In this document: piece after piece, positions 9,273 through 17,952 of the stretch
Layout: every line of letters starts with the position of its first letter
Numbering within the stretch: position 1 is the stretch's first letter
Origin: Candidatus Aldehydirespirator sp.
GTDB taxonomy: Bacteria; Actinomycetota; Acidimicrobiia; Acidimicrobiales; Aldehydirespiratoraceae
Assembly (NCBI GenBank): GCA_965248735.1
Contig: OZ252146.1
Location: 1,764,154-1,828,153, forward strand
Direction: 5' to 3'
DNA length: 64,000 nt
Notes under the pieces: generated by a model
Told to the model about the DNA's origin: nothing
The model's database searches: none
The model's input: only the letters and a program-made list of their open reading frames with translations
Position numbers and translations under genes: made by a program

Positions 9273-10030
9273 GGATCGTTGTCGCCGAGTCTGGAGATGC
9301 GGCCGCACGCGTGGCCGCGGACCTCGTCGAGCGGTTCATCGTCGCCTCGCCGTCGCCTGCGCTCGGCCTGGCCACCGGCGCAACGATGCAAGGGATCTTC
9401 GCCGAGCTGGTCCGGCGCCACCGCGAGCAGGCGCTGAGCTTCGCCGGCGTCCACGCATACCTGCTCGACGAGTACCTCGACCTCGACCGGCACGACCCGT
9501 GCGCATATCGCAACGTCGCGCAAGAACTGCTGGCCCACCATGTCGACATCGGACGTGATGCGGTTCACGGACCGAACCCCGACGCAGTCGACCTGGAAGC
9601 CGAGTGCGCCCGCTACGACAACGAGGTGCGGGAGGCGTCGGTCGGGCTACAGCTGCTGGGCATCGGATCCAACGGCCACATCGCCTTCAACGAGCCCGGT
9701 TCGCCGTTGGACAGCATCACCCGGGTGGTGGCGCTGAGCGAGCGGACCCGGGCCGACAACGCTCGCTTCTTCTCCGCCGGCCGGCCCGTGCCCGCCCGGG
9801 CGATCACCCAGGGCATCGCCACCATCGGTGTCGCGGCCGAGCTCGTGCTGGTGGCCTGCCGAGAGCACAAGGCTCGTGCCGTGGCCGGCGCCGTCGAGGG
9901 TCGGGTCACCGAGGAGGTCCCCGCCTCGGCGATCCAACTCCACCCAAGGGTCACAGTCGTGTTGGATCTGCCCGCCGCTTCCCGCCTCTCCCGGTTGGGG
10001 CAGCTTGGTGAGGATAAGCACTTTTCATGA
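9269..10030 (+). CDS. nagB: Glucosamine-6-phosphate deaminase
   Basis: 253 aa. LGLATGATM, LDEY, LLGIGSNGHIAFNEPGS motifs typical of NagB. GTGA overlap with the kinase gene. Confidence 0.9.
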   Translation: MRIVVAESGDAAARVAADLVERFIVASPSPALGLATGATMQGIFAELVRRHREQALSFAGVHAYLLDEYLDLDRHDPCAYRNVAQELLAHHVDIGRDAVHGPNPDAVDLEAECARYDNEVREASVGLQLLGIGSNGHIAFNEPGSPLDSITRVVALSERTRADNARFFSAGRPVPARAITQGIATIGVAAELVLVACREHKARAVAGAVEGRVTEEVPASAIQLHPRVTVVLDLPAASRLSRLGQLGEDKHFS

Positions 10031-10074
10031 TGTTTGGAGTTGCATCGTGGTTCGGTGTCTTCTAGGCTCAGGGC

Positions 10075-10473
10075 GTGGAGTCGGTATCGCTCGTTGATCT
10101 GGGACCGGTCATCGCGGCTGTTCTTGGCCCGATGCTGGCCTTTGTCGTCGTTTCGATGCGGTATCAGCATCTCGACGGCGTGAAGACGCGCGAGCTGATC
10201 GAGCGGTCCAGCAAGGAGACTCTCGAGAAGGCCGGCGAGCTCATCGAGCGATCCGTCGGGGGCCTCGAACGGTCTGTCGGCTCCCTCGGCGACGAACTTG
10301 GCGAGCACAAGCGCGAAACCAAGGAAAGCTTCAAGGACATCAGAGCAACTTTGAAGGAGGTGACTCGGAGCCTCGCTGACGCCCGGGAAACGCTGGCCCG
10401 CGTCGAAGGGCATCTGGGGATCGGAGCACCTCGCCATGGCGAGACGGGTGAGATAGCTGGAGACGCTGCCTAA
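10075..10473 (+). CDS. Hypothetical N-terminally membrane-anchored coiled-coil protein
   Basis: 132 aa. One N-terminal TM helix (GPVIAAVLGPMLAFVVV) followed by repetitive charged heptad-like sequence. No family recognised. Confidence 0.45.
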   Translation: MESVSLVDLGPVIAAVLGPMLAFVVVSMRYQHLDGVKTRELIERSSKETLEKAGELIERSVGGLERSVGSLGDELGEHKRETKESFKDIRATLKEVTRSLADARETLARVEGHLGIGAPRHGETGEIAGDAA

Positions 10474-10503
10474 GCGACCACGGCCCGAACGACGGAGCCA
10501 GCG

Positions 10504-11283
10504 ATGCGGTACGGACGAGTATCTCTAGACGGCAAGCCAAGGTGGGCCCGTCTAGACGGCGACGCCGTCCACATCCTGCGGGGCTCGCCCCTAGGAGGCG
10601 AGTCGGCCGTCGAAACCACGCTGCCCCTCGCGGGCGCGACATTCCTTCCGCCGGTGGTGCCGTTCGTGTTCTACGCGGTCGGCCTGAACTACCGCGGTCA
10701 CATCGAGCACCAGAGGGCGGCGGGCCGGGAGGTCGCCGTCCCCGAGCGTCCCGAGGTGGGCTACCGGGCGAACAACGCCTTGATCGGGCACGGCGAGGCC
10801 ATACTCGTGCCGCCCGACGTGACGGGCCGCTTCGAGGCCGAAGGCGAGGTCGTGGCCGTTCTCGGCCGCCGCCTGCGCAATGCGTCGCGGGCTGAGGCAC
10901 AGGAGTCAGTGTTCGGCTGGACCATCGGCAACGACGTGAGCGCTCGCGAGTGGCAGCGGGCCGACCGCTCGTTCTGGCGCAGCAAGAACAGCGACACCTT
11001 CAAGCCGATGGGTCCCTGGATCGAGACCGACGTCGATCCCATGGCTCAGACCACCATCGTGCGGGTGAACGGCGAGACCCACGCCGAGTTCCCGACTGGC
11101 GACATGGTGTTCGACCCGTGGGATTTCATCGTCGAGGCGTCGCGCTACATCACCTTCCATCGCGGCGACGTGCTGTGGATGGGCGCCGACTCGAACTGCC
11201 AGATCGCGCCGGGAGACGTCGTGGACGTCGAAGTCACGGGCATAGGCGTGCTCTCCAATCCTGTTCGACTCGACGCTGGCTGA
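10504..11283 (+). CDS. Fumarylacetoacetate hydrolase (FAH) family protein
   Basis: 259 aa. FAH-fold motifs (GLNYRGH, EAEGEVVAVLG, GWTIGNDVSAR, KNSDTFKPMGPW). Confidence 0.85.
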   Translation: MRYGRVSLDGKPRWARLDGDAVHILRGSPLGGESAVETTLPLAGATFLPPVVPFVFYAVGLNYRGHIEHQRAAGREVAVPERPEVGYRANNALIGHGEAILVPPDVTGRFEAEGEVVAVLGRRLRNASRAEAQESVFGWTIGNDVSAREWQRADRSFWRSKNSDTFKPMGPWIETDVDPMAQTTIVRVNGETHAEFPTGDMVFDPWDFIVEASRYITFHRGDVLWMGADSNCQIAPGDVVDVEVTGIGVLSNPVRLDAG

Positions 11284-11339
11284 CCGGGCACAGCGGCTCG
11301 TCCGGCCGAGCTGCACCTCCCGATCGTCGGCTACCCCGG

Positions 11340-12002
11340 TCAGGCAGGACGGCGTGTGACCATCGAGAGGCCGTCGCCGACCGGCAGCATCGACACCAGC
11401 ACCCGCTCGTCGGCGACGACGTGGGCGTTGAAGGACCGGAGGGCCTCGGTGGCGGACTCGGTCTGGCTCAGATCGGCCACCTGGCCGCTCCAAAGGACAT
11501 TGTCCACCAGGATCACGCCTCGCTGCGACAACCGCGGCACCAACTCGGTGTAGTAGTCGATGTAGGCCTCCTTGTCGGCGTCGATGAAGGCCATGTCGAC
11601 CCGCGGCACTGTGGGCAGGGCTCTGAGGGTGTCCAGTGCCGGACCTATGCGCAGATCGATGCGGTCGGCCACGCCGGCGCGCTCCCAGTGCTCGCGGGCG
11701 ATAGCGGTCCACTCCTCCGATATGTCACAGCACAGCAGCTGTCCACCCGGTGGCAGTGCTTTGGCCACGGCCAGGGCCGAGTAGCCGGTGAACGTGCCGA
11801 TCTCCACCGCGAACCGCGGCTGCAGCAGGCTGGTCAGCATGGTCATGAAGGCGCCCTGGGCGGCGCCGACCTGCATGACGCTCAACTCGCCGAGCGCGGC
11901 CGTTGCCTCGATCAGCCCCCGCTGAACTTCGTCGGGTCCGGTGGAGTGTGCGTCGACATAGCTGGAGAGAATCTCGTCGATGAAAGAGATGCGGGGGCTC
12001 AT
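11340..12002 (-). CDS. Class I SAM-dependent O-methyltransferase (caffeoyl-CoA OMT-like, family 3)
   Basis: 220 aa. VEIGTFTGYSALAVA SAM-binding motif and FIDADKEAYIDYY metal/substrate motif. Confidence 0.85.
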   Translation of the reverse strand: MSPRISFIDEILSSYVDAHSTGPDEVQRGLIEATAALGELSVMQVGAAQGAFMTMLTSLLQPRFAVEIGTFTGYSALAVAKALPPGGQLLCCDISEEWTAIAREHWERAGVADRIDLRIGPALDTLRALPTVPRVDMAFIDADKEAYIDYYTELVPRLSQRGVILVDNVLWSGQVADLSQTESATEALRSFNAHVVADERVLVSMLPVGDGLSMVTRRPA

Positions 12003-12301
12003 GGTCCGTCGATGCTAGCGACGGGCCCGGACCAGTGGCATACAGAGGCCCGGGCTGACAACTTGCGCCGTCGATCCTAGTGGTGTGTCGTCCAAATGGC
12101 TGGGGCAGCGCGGAAGGCCTAAGCCCCAGCTTGGAATCGCTCCGGGCGCCCCGGTCAATTCCGCGACGGGCCACTAGGAGACTCCAGAGAACCGGCCGGC
12201 TTGTGGAGGAACGGCAGACAACAGCTAATATATTCAAAGTAGACCAGTATCGCGGCCTTTCGTCTGGGCGCCAAGTGCCAGCTCGACCAGGAGAAAGCAG
12301 C

Positions 12302-12670
12302 ATGGCGCCGCTGTTGATGACCGCAGAGTTCACGCTCTTCGGGTTGTTGATGTTCAACCTGGGGCTGTTCGTCCCCGTCGCCAGGAACAAGTGGCACCGC
12401 TGGCGGATGAAGCGCGAGCGAGCCGGCCGCGGCGACGGCAAGACCATCACCAAGAACGACATTCGCGAGGAACTGTGCCGCGACCCGGTGGCCGTCGACA
12501 TGTTCATGAGCGACAGCACACCCGAAAACGTCCAGCGCTACCTGTACCTGGAGGCCGAGCGCAGAGCGATCATGCGCAAGCGCAGGCAGCTCGCCGAAAA
12601 CGAGAACGACTTCTTCGCCCCGCCCCGGCGGCCCGGCCCCGACCCGGGTTTCAGCGGCTGCCGCAACTAG
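12302..12670 (+). CDS. Hypothetical small membrane protein
   Basis: ATG at 12302 preceded by AGGAGAAAGCAGC. One TM helix (FTLFGLLMFNLGLFVPV) then a basic/charged tail. The upstream part of the ORF-track entry (12080-12301) looks non-coding (low GC). Confidence 0.45.
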   Translation: MAPLLMTAEFTLFGLLMFNLGLFVPVARNKWHRWRMKRERAGRGDGKTITKNDIREELCRDPVAVDMFMSDSTPENVQRYLYLEAERRAIMRKRRQLAENENDFFAPPRRPGPDPGFSGCRN

Positions 12671-12768
12671 CCGGCCCGGGCGCCCGCCCAGTCGGCTGCC
12701 GCGATCAGCCGGCCCGGGTGCCCGCCCAGTCGGCTGCCGCGATCAGCCGGCCCGGGTGCCCGCCCGTG
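12669..12768. repeat. 38-bp tandem repeat, about 2.6 copies, beginning at a stop codon
   Basis: AGCCGGCCCGGGYGCCCGCCCAGTCGGCTGCCGCGATC at 12669-12706 and 12707-12744, partial third copy from 12745. The first unit overlaps the TAG at 12668-12670. Confidence 0.85.
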
Positions 12769-12799
12769 GCGCGCCGGCGCGCCGTAGCATCGTGCGGCG

Positions 12800-13753
12800 A
12801 TGGCCTCGATCACACCGCCGGGCGGCTGGACCTACGGGGTCGGGCTGCCCATCCAGACGCTCACCGCGACATTGGCCGACCCCTGGGAGCACACCGCCAC
12901 CGTCGACGACCTGGTGCGCATCGCCCGCAAGGCCGAGGCCACTGGCCACCACTTCGTGGGGGTCTGCGACCACGTGGCCATACCCGACAACGACTACGCG
13001 GCCCACATGGGCACCACCTGGTACGACACCGTGGCAACCCTGTCGTACCTGGCCGCCCGCACCGGAACCGTCAACCTGGCCTCCGCGGTGTGGATCGCCG
13101 CCTACCGGCACCCGCTGCAGACCGCCAAGTCCTTCGCCACGCTCGACCACCTCTCGGGCGGGCGGGCCATCCTCGGCGTGGGCGCGGGGCACGTGGAGGC
13201 CGAGTTCGAGGCCCTGGGGGTGGACTTCGAGGCCAGGGGCCGGCTGCTCGACGAGACCCTGGAGGCAGTCAGGGGAGCCTTCGCCGGCACCTACGTGAGC
13301 CACTCGGGCGAGGAGTTCAGCTATTCCGACGTGGGGGTCGGCCCCGCGCCGGTGCGCGAGTTGCCCATCTGGGTGGGCGGAAGTGGCCGGGCCGCCTGGC
13401 GACGAGCCGGACGACTGGGCGACGGCTACGTGCCGATGGGCAACCCGGTATCGCAGTACGGCGAGATCATCGACACCATGAACGCGGCTGCGGCTGCCGC
13501 GGGGCGTGACGGCGCCCGCTTCGACGTGGGCTTCATGCCGCCGTGGTGCTACCTGCTGGCCGACACTGCCCCGGAGGGCCTCCCCCCCGTGATGTCGTGC
13601 GGCGTCGAGCCCCTCGCTGCCAGCATCCGCGCGGCACGGGCCGCCGGGGCCAACACCTTCCATCTCAAGTTCCGGGCCCGCACCCTCGAGGAGTACCTGG
13701 AGCAGTTCGACGCCTTCGCGGAGTCGGTCGTCCCCCTGGTCAACGAGACCTGA
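12800..13753 (+). CDS. LLM-class (luciferase-like) F420-dependent oxidoreductase
   Basis: 317 aa. TIM-barrel LLM pattern (HHFVGVCDHV, LDHLSGGRAILGVGAGH, LPIWVGGSG) as in actinobacterial F420-dependent LLM enzymes. Confidence 0.8.
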   Translation: MASITPPGGWTYGVGLPIQTLTATLADPWEHTATVDDLVRIARKAEATGHHFVGVCDHVAIPDNDYAAHMGTTWYDTVATLSYLAARTGTVNLASAVWIAAYRHPLQTAKSFATLDHLSGGRAILGVGAGHVEAEFEALGVDFEARGRLLDETLEAVRGAFAGTYVSHSGEEFSYSDVGVGPAPVRELPIWVGGSGRAAWRRAGRLGDGYVPMGNPVSQYGEIIDTMNAAAAAAGRDGARFDVGFMPPWCYLLADTAPEGLPPVMSCGVEPLAASIRAARAAGANTFHLKFRARTLEEYLEQFDAFAESVVPLVNET

Positions 13754-13778
13754 CTGGCGCCGCTGCGGCGGCGCCAGA

Positions 13779-13895
13779 GGCCGAGCGAATGGGCGCGAAT
13801 CACCGGGCGACCTCGCAAGACGCTGAGTGAGGCCGTGGCCCGAGCGGCCCGTGAGCGCAGCGAACAAGAGCGGGAAACACAACACCGCACCGCGA
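13779..13895 (+). repeat. Intergenic repeat family, copy C
   Basis: GGCCGAGCGAAT... with core at 13837-13878. Lies between convergent genes (stops at 13753 and 13923). Confidence 0.8.
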
Positions 13896-13922
13896 CGCGC
13901 TGGCCAGCGATTGCGCTCAGTC

Positions 13923-15596
13923 CTAGTTGACTCGGCGGTCGCGGCCGGCCCAGAGCCGGTCGCGCAGGGCGAACTTCTGGATCTTGCCGGTGGCGGTCTT
14001 GGGCAGCTCGCCGAAGGTCACCGACTTGGGGGCCTTGAAGCGGGCGATGCGGGACTTCACATGCTCCGCCAGGTCGGCCTCGGTCACGGCTGCGCCGGGC
14101 CGCAGCACAACGAACGCGGCCGGCACCTCGCCCCAGGTGTCGTCGGGGGCGGCCACCACCGCGCACTCCACCACGTCGGGATGCGACGCCAGGGCCTGCT
14201 CCACCTCGATGGAGGCGATGTTCTCGCCGCCGGAGATGATCACGTCCTTGGACCGGTCCCGCACCTCCACATAGCCGTGGTCGTGCATCACGGCCACGTC
14301 CCCGGTGCGGAACCATGTGCCTTCGGGCCCGTTCACCGAAGCGGCCGCGGTGGCGTCGGGATCCTTGTAATAGCCGAGCATCACGTTGTTGCCCCGTATG
14401 GCGATCTCGCCCTGGGTGGTGCCGTCGGCGGGCACGTCGGCCCCGTCGGCGTCGATCACCCGCACCGACGAGGTCACCAGCGTGCCCACCCCCTGGCGGG
14501 CCTTGATCCGGGCCTGCTCGCCGTCGGGGAGTTCGTCCCACTCGCGGCGCCAGTCGCAGATCAGCGACGGGCCGTAGGTCTCGGTGAGGCCGTAGAGGTG
14601 GGTCACGTCGATGTTGAGCTCCGCAAGCTGCGACAGCAGCGTGGGCGACGGGGGAGCGCCGCCGGTGGCCACTTTCACGGTTCGGGGCGCGGGCGCGGCG
14701 TCGGGATGGTTGACCAGGCCGATCAGCACGGTGGGGGCCGCGTTGAAGTGGGTCACGCCGTCTTCGCGGATGTGGCGCCACACCGTGCCCGGCTCCAGGG
14801 TCCGCAGCATCAGATGGACGCCGCCCACCGCAGTGACCGCCCACGGGTAGCACCAGCCGTTGCAGTGGAACATGGGCAAGGTCCACAAGAACACCGCGTT
14901 GCTGTCGAGCCCGCCCTGCGCGGCCATGGCCAAGGCGTTGAGATTGGCTCCGCGGTGCGAGTACATGACGCCTTTGGGCTGGCCGGTGGTGCCCGACGTG
15001 TAGTTGAGGCTGAGCATGGCGTGCTCGTCGGCGATCTCGGCCCGCCGGGGCGCCGCGGCTGCCAGCAGGGCCTCGTACTCGCAGTCGGAGGCGCCTGAGA
15101 CGCCGGCGTCGCTCGACACCACCAGCCGCAACCCCGGTACCTGCTGCTGGATAGATCGGGCCACATCGGCCAGGGCATGGTCGGCGAAGAGCACTCTGGA
15201 CTCGGCGTGGGCCACGATCCAGGCCAACTCTGGTGCCGACAGCCTGGAGTTGAGGGCGTTGAACACCACTCCGGCCATGGGAAACCCGAACGTCGCCTCC
15301 AAGGCCATGGACACGTTGGGGGCCAGCACCGACACCGCGTCGCCGGGCTCGAGGCCCAGGTCGAGCGTGGCTCCGGCCAGCCGCTCGCAGCGCTCGGCAA
15401 GATCCTCGTAGCGGCGCGTCAGCGGCCCGTCGATCACCGCGGGGCGGTCGCCGTGCACCACTCGGGCCCGGTCCAGGAAGGACACCGGCGTCAGCGGCAC
15501 CGGCACGAACGGCGAGGATCCGGGGGCTCGGCCGGAGGTCACGGTGGGCAACGCTATGTGACCCATATCACGAATGCGACAAGCGGTCCCGGCCAT
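13923..15596 (-). CDS. AMP-dependent acyl-CoA synthetase/ligase (medium-chain type)
   Basis: 557 aa. AMP-binding motifs YTSGTTGQPKGV, GEIAIRG, TGD, KIQK. Alternative ATG at 15566. Confidence 0.9.
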   Translation of the reverse strand: MAGTACRIRDMGHIALPTVTSGRAPGSSPFVPVPLTPVSFLDRARVVHGDRPAVIDGPLTRRYEDLAERCERLAGATLDLGLEPGDAVSVLAPNVSMALEATFGFPMAGVVFNALNSRLSAPELAWIVAHAESRVLFADHALADVARSIQQQVPGLRLVVSSDAGVSGASDCEYEALLAAAAPRRAEIADEHAMLSLNYTSGTTGQPKGVMYSHRGANLNALAMAAQGGLDSNAVFLWTLPMFHCNGWCYPWAVTAVGGVHLMLRTLEPGTVWRHIREDGVTHFNAAPTVLIGLVNHPDAAPAPRTVKVATGGAPPSPTLLSQLAELNIDVTHLYGLTETYGPSLICDWRREWDELPDGEQARIKARQGVGTLVTSSVRVIDADGADVPADGTTQGEIAIRGNNVMLGYYKDPDATAAASVNGPEGTWFRTGDVAVMHDHGYVEVRDRSKDVIISGGENIASIEVEQALASHPDVVECAVVAAPDDTWGEVPAAFVVLRPGAAVTEADLAEHVKSRIARFKAPKSVTFGELPKTATGKIQKFALRDRLWAGRDRRVN

Positions 15597-15685
15597 ATGT
15601 TCAACAAGAACACAGTTGAACGAAGCGGGTGAATCGGCTCATGGCAAGTCCGATTGGAAGGCAAGGAAAAAAAGGAGAAGAGGAA

Positions 15686-16048
15686 ATGACATACACACTC
15701 CTAATCGCCGTCGTGGTATTCCTGGCGCTGCCGGCGGTGGCCGCGGCGGCCCGGATCGCCACGCACTACCGCTACGGAGCGCACGGCCGCCCCGACCTCG
15801 AGGCGGGCCACACGAGGGACCTGAGGCCGGCCGAGGCCTTCGTCCGTGCCCGGCACCCCTCGCAGCAGGTTCAGGGCGATGCGTCCGGCTCGCGGACCCG
15901 CACCAAGGATCGGCCTGCAACTCTGAGGCCCGTGTTCCATCTCGGTGCGACGCCAGCCCCCGAACAGCTCAGCCCCTGGCTGTCCGACGAGCACATCCGC
16001 AAGGCGTTCGACCTGGACACGCCCGACCATCGGGGCCGGGCGGCATAG
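15686..16048 (+). CDS. Hypothetical small membrane protein
   Basis: ATG at 15686 preceded by AAAAAAGGAGAAGAGGAA. N-terminal TM helix (LLIAVVVFLALPAVAAAA). No homology recognised. Confidence 0.4.
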   Translation: MTYTLLIAVVVFLALPAVAAAARIATHYRYGAHGRPDLEAGHTRDLRPAEAFVRARHPSQQVQGDASGSRTRTKDRPATLRPVFHLGATPAPEQLSPWLSDEHIRKAFDLDTPDHRGRAA

Positions 16049-16066
16049 GGACCTTCGCCCCCAAAC

Positions 16067-16122
16067 CCCGAAATCCCTGTGGTTGGCGACCTGTAGTGTC
16101 CTCAACCACAGGGATTTCGGGG
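16067..16122. terminator. Strong 20-bp-stem hairpin between convergent genes (bidirectional terminator candidate)
   Basis: CCCCGAAATCCCTGTGGTTG (16067-16086) pairs perfectly with CAACCACAGGGATTTCGGGG (16103-16122). Lies between stops at 16048 (+) and 16138 (-). Confidence 0.7.
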
Positions 16123-16137
16123 CGGCGGCTGCGCCAC

Positions 16138-17952
16138 TCAGATTCGGGCTCGCAGCTCGTGCTTTAGCACCTTGCCCGACGCGTTGAGAGGCAGCTCGTC
16201 CATGAACGTGATGCCGCGGGGTGCCTTGTAGTTGGCCATCCGCTCCCGGCACCACGCCACCAACTCGGCCTCGGCCGCGGCGGTGGTAGCGGCGCCGGGG
16301 GCGGGCACCACGAAGGCGTGGCCCACCTCGCCCAGGCGGTCGTCGGGCCGGCCCACCACAGCCACCTGGCCCACCGCGGGGTGGGCCAGCATCGCGGCCT
16401 CTATCTCGGCCGGGTAGGCGTTGAAGCCGCCGCAGATGAACATGTCCTTGAGACGGTCGGTGATGGCCACATATCCGGCTGCGTCCATGGTGCCGATATC
16501 GCCGGTGTGCAGCCATCCGTCGGCGTCGATGGCGGCCGCGGTGGCCTCGGGGTCGTCGAGGTAGCCGTCCATCACGTTGTAGCCCCGCACCACGATCTCG
16601 CCCGGCTCGCCCCTGGGCAACTCGGCGCCGTCGGGGCCGACGACCCGCACCTCGACGTCGTCGATGGCCCGCCCCGAGGTGGCTGAGATCGTCTCGGGCG
16701 GATCGTCGTGGCGGCACATGGTGGCGATGCCGGACGACTCGGTGAGCCCGTAGCCGGTGACCACCACCTCGAAGCCGAGTCGCTCCCGCATGGCCTCGAT
16801 CATCGGCACCGGAACGGGGGCCGCGCCGGTCACCGCCAGCCGCAGGGTCGACATGTCGAAGCTGTCGAGGTCGGGATGGTTGAGGATGGTCTGGTAGATG
16901 GCGGGCGGTCCGGGCAGCACCGAGATCCGCTCGGCCGGTATGCGGGCCATCACCGACGGCACGTCGAACACCGGGTGCGGGACCATCGTCGCCCCCGTCA
17001 TCAGGCAGGCCAGGATGCCGGCGTTGAGCCCGAAGGAGTGGAAGAACGGGTTGACGATCAGGTAGCGGTCGTCGTGGCGCAGCCCGATCACCTCGGCCCA
17101 GCTCCGGTAGGCCCGGCAGATCGCGCCGTGGTTCAACACCACGCCCTTGGGCCGTCCCGTGGTGCCCGAGGTGAACATGATGTGGCAGGGATCGGAGCGC
17201 CAAACCGGGCGGTGGTGGCTCGGCGCGGCGAGAGCGCTGCCGGTGCCTGCCTGCCCGTCGGCGCCGTCAGCCTCGCGGGGCGCCTCGCCCGCCTCAGCGG
17301 GGGTGATGCCGGTCGCCGGCGCCGCGGCCGCGGCCAGAGCCATGAAGTCGGCGAAGCCCTCGGCACCGGGTGGCACCGGTCCTCGCATCACGACGGTGGT
17401 CTCGAGCGACTCGCGCGTGCCGCCCTGGACCGCCCTGAGCAGGCCCAGGTGGTCGGCGCCCAGGAAGTCGGTCACGCAGAACAGGATCCGGGCCCGCGAC
17501 GCGCCGAGCACGTAGGCGGTCTCGTCGCCTTTGAGGCGGGTATTGATTGGCACGACCACGCCGCCTGCGGCATGCACGCCGAGAGCGGCCACGGCCCACT
17601 CCCAGATGTTGTGCCCCCACACGGCCGCACGGTCGCCTGGCGCGAATCCCCAAGCTCTCAGAGCATCGGCCATGGCACTGACCCGGTCGCGCAGCTCGAC
17701 GAACGAGATCCGCAGATCGCCGTCCACCAGGGCCTCGCCGTCGCCGAAGCGGGCCGCAGCGTCGTCCACGAGTGCCGGGATGGTGTCGGGCACGCCGGGG
17801 GCGGCGTGGGTGCTGCGGGGCGTGCCTGCGGACGACGAAACGGCGGCGAGCGGGCCCGGGGTGTCAGCCAGGCGCCGAAGCGACCGGTTGCCGCTGGGGG
17901 GCGCACCGGCGTGCGCCCGCTGAGGTGACGGGCCGTCAGGGTCCTCAGGCAT
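16138..17952 (-). CDS. AMP-dependent acyl-CoA synthetase/ligase with an internal low-complexity insertion
   Basis: 604 aa. MFTSGTTGRPKGV, GYGLTE, GEIVVRG, TGD and K-terminal motifs. Ala/Gly/Pro-rich N-terminus and an insertion before the P-loop. ATG at 17952 overlaps the P450 stop (ATGCCTGA). True start uncertain. Confidence 0.85.
   Translation of the reverse strand: MPEDPDGPSPQRAHAGAPPSGNRSLRRLADTPGPLAAVSSSAGTPRSTHAAPGVPDTIPALVDDAAARFGDGEALVDGDLRISFVELRDRVSAMADALRAWGFAPGDRAAVWGHNIWEWAVAALGVHAAGGVVVPINTRLKGDETAYVLGASRARILFCVTDFLGADHLGLLRAVQGGTRESLETTVVMRGPVPPGAEGFADFMALAAAAAPATGITPAEAGEAPREADGADGQAGTGSALAAPSHHRPVWRSDPCHIMFTSGTTGRPKGVVLNHGAICRAYRSWAEVIGLRHDDRYLIVNPFFHSFGLNAGILACLMTGATMVPHPVFDVPSVMARIPAERISVLPGPPAIYQTILNHPDLDSFDMSTLRLAVTGAAPVPVPMIEAMRERLGFEVVVTGYGLTESSGIATMCRHDDPPETISATSGRAIDDVEVRVVGPDGAELPRGEPGEIVVRGYNVMDGYLDDPEATAAAIDADGWLHTGDIGTMDAAGYVAITDRLKDMFICGGFNAYPAEIEAAMLAHPAVGQVAVVGRPDDRLGEVGHAFVVPAPGAATTAAAEAELVAWCRERMANYKAPRGITFMDELPLNASGKVLKHELRARI

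Noticed and set aside
15629-15685. Longer N-terminus (MNRLMASPIGRQGKKGEEE) for the small membrane protein at 15686-16048.
   Set aside because: The strong purine-rich RBS directly precedes the internal ATG at 15686, and the extension itself is the RBS region translated.
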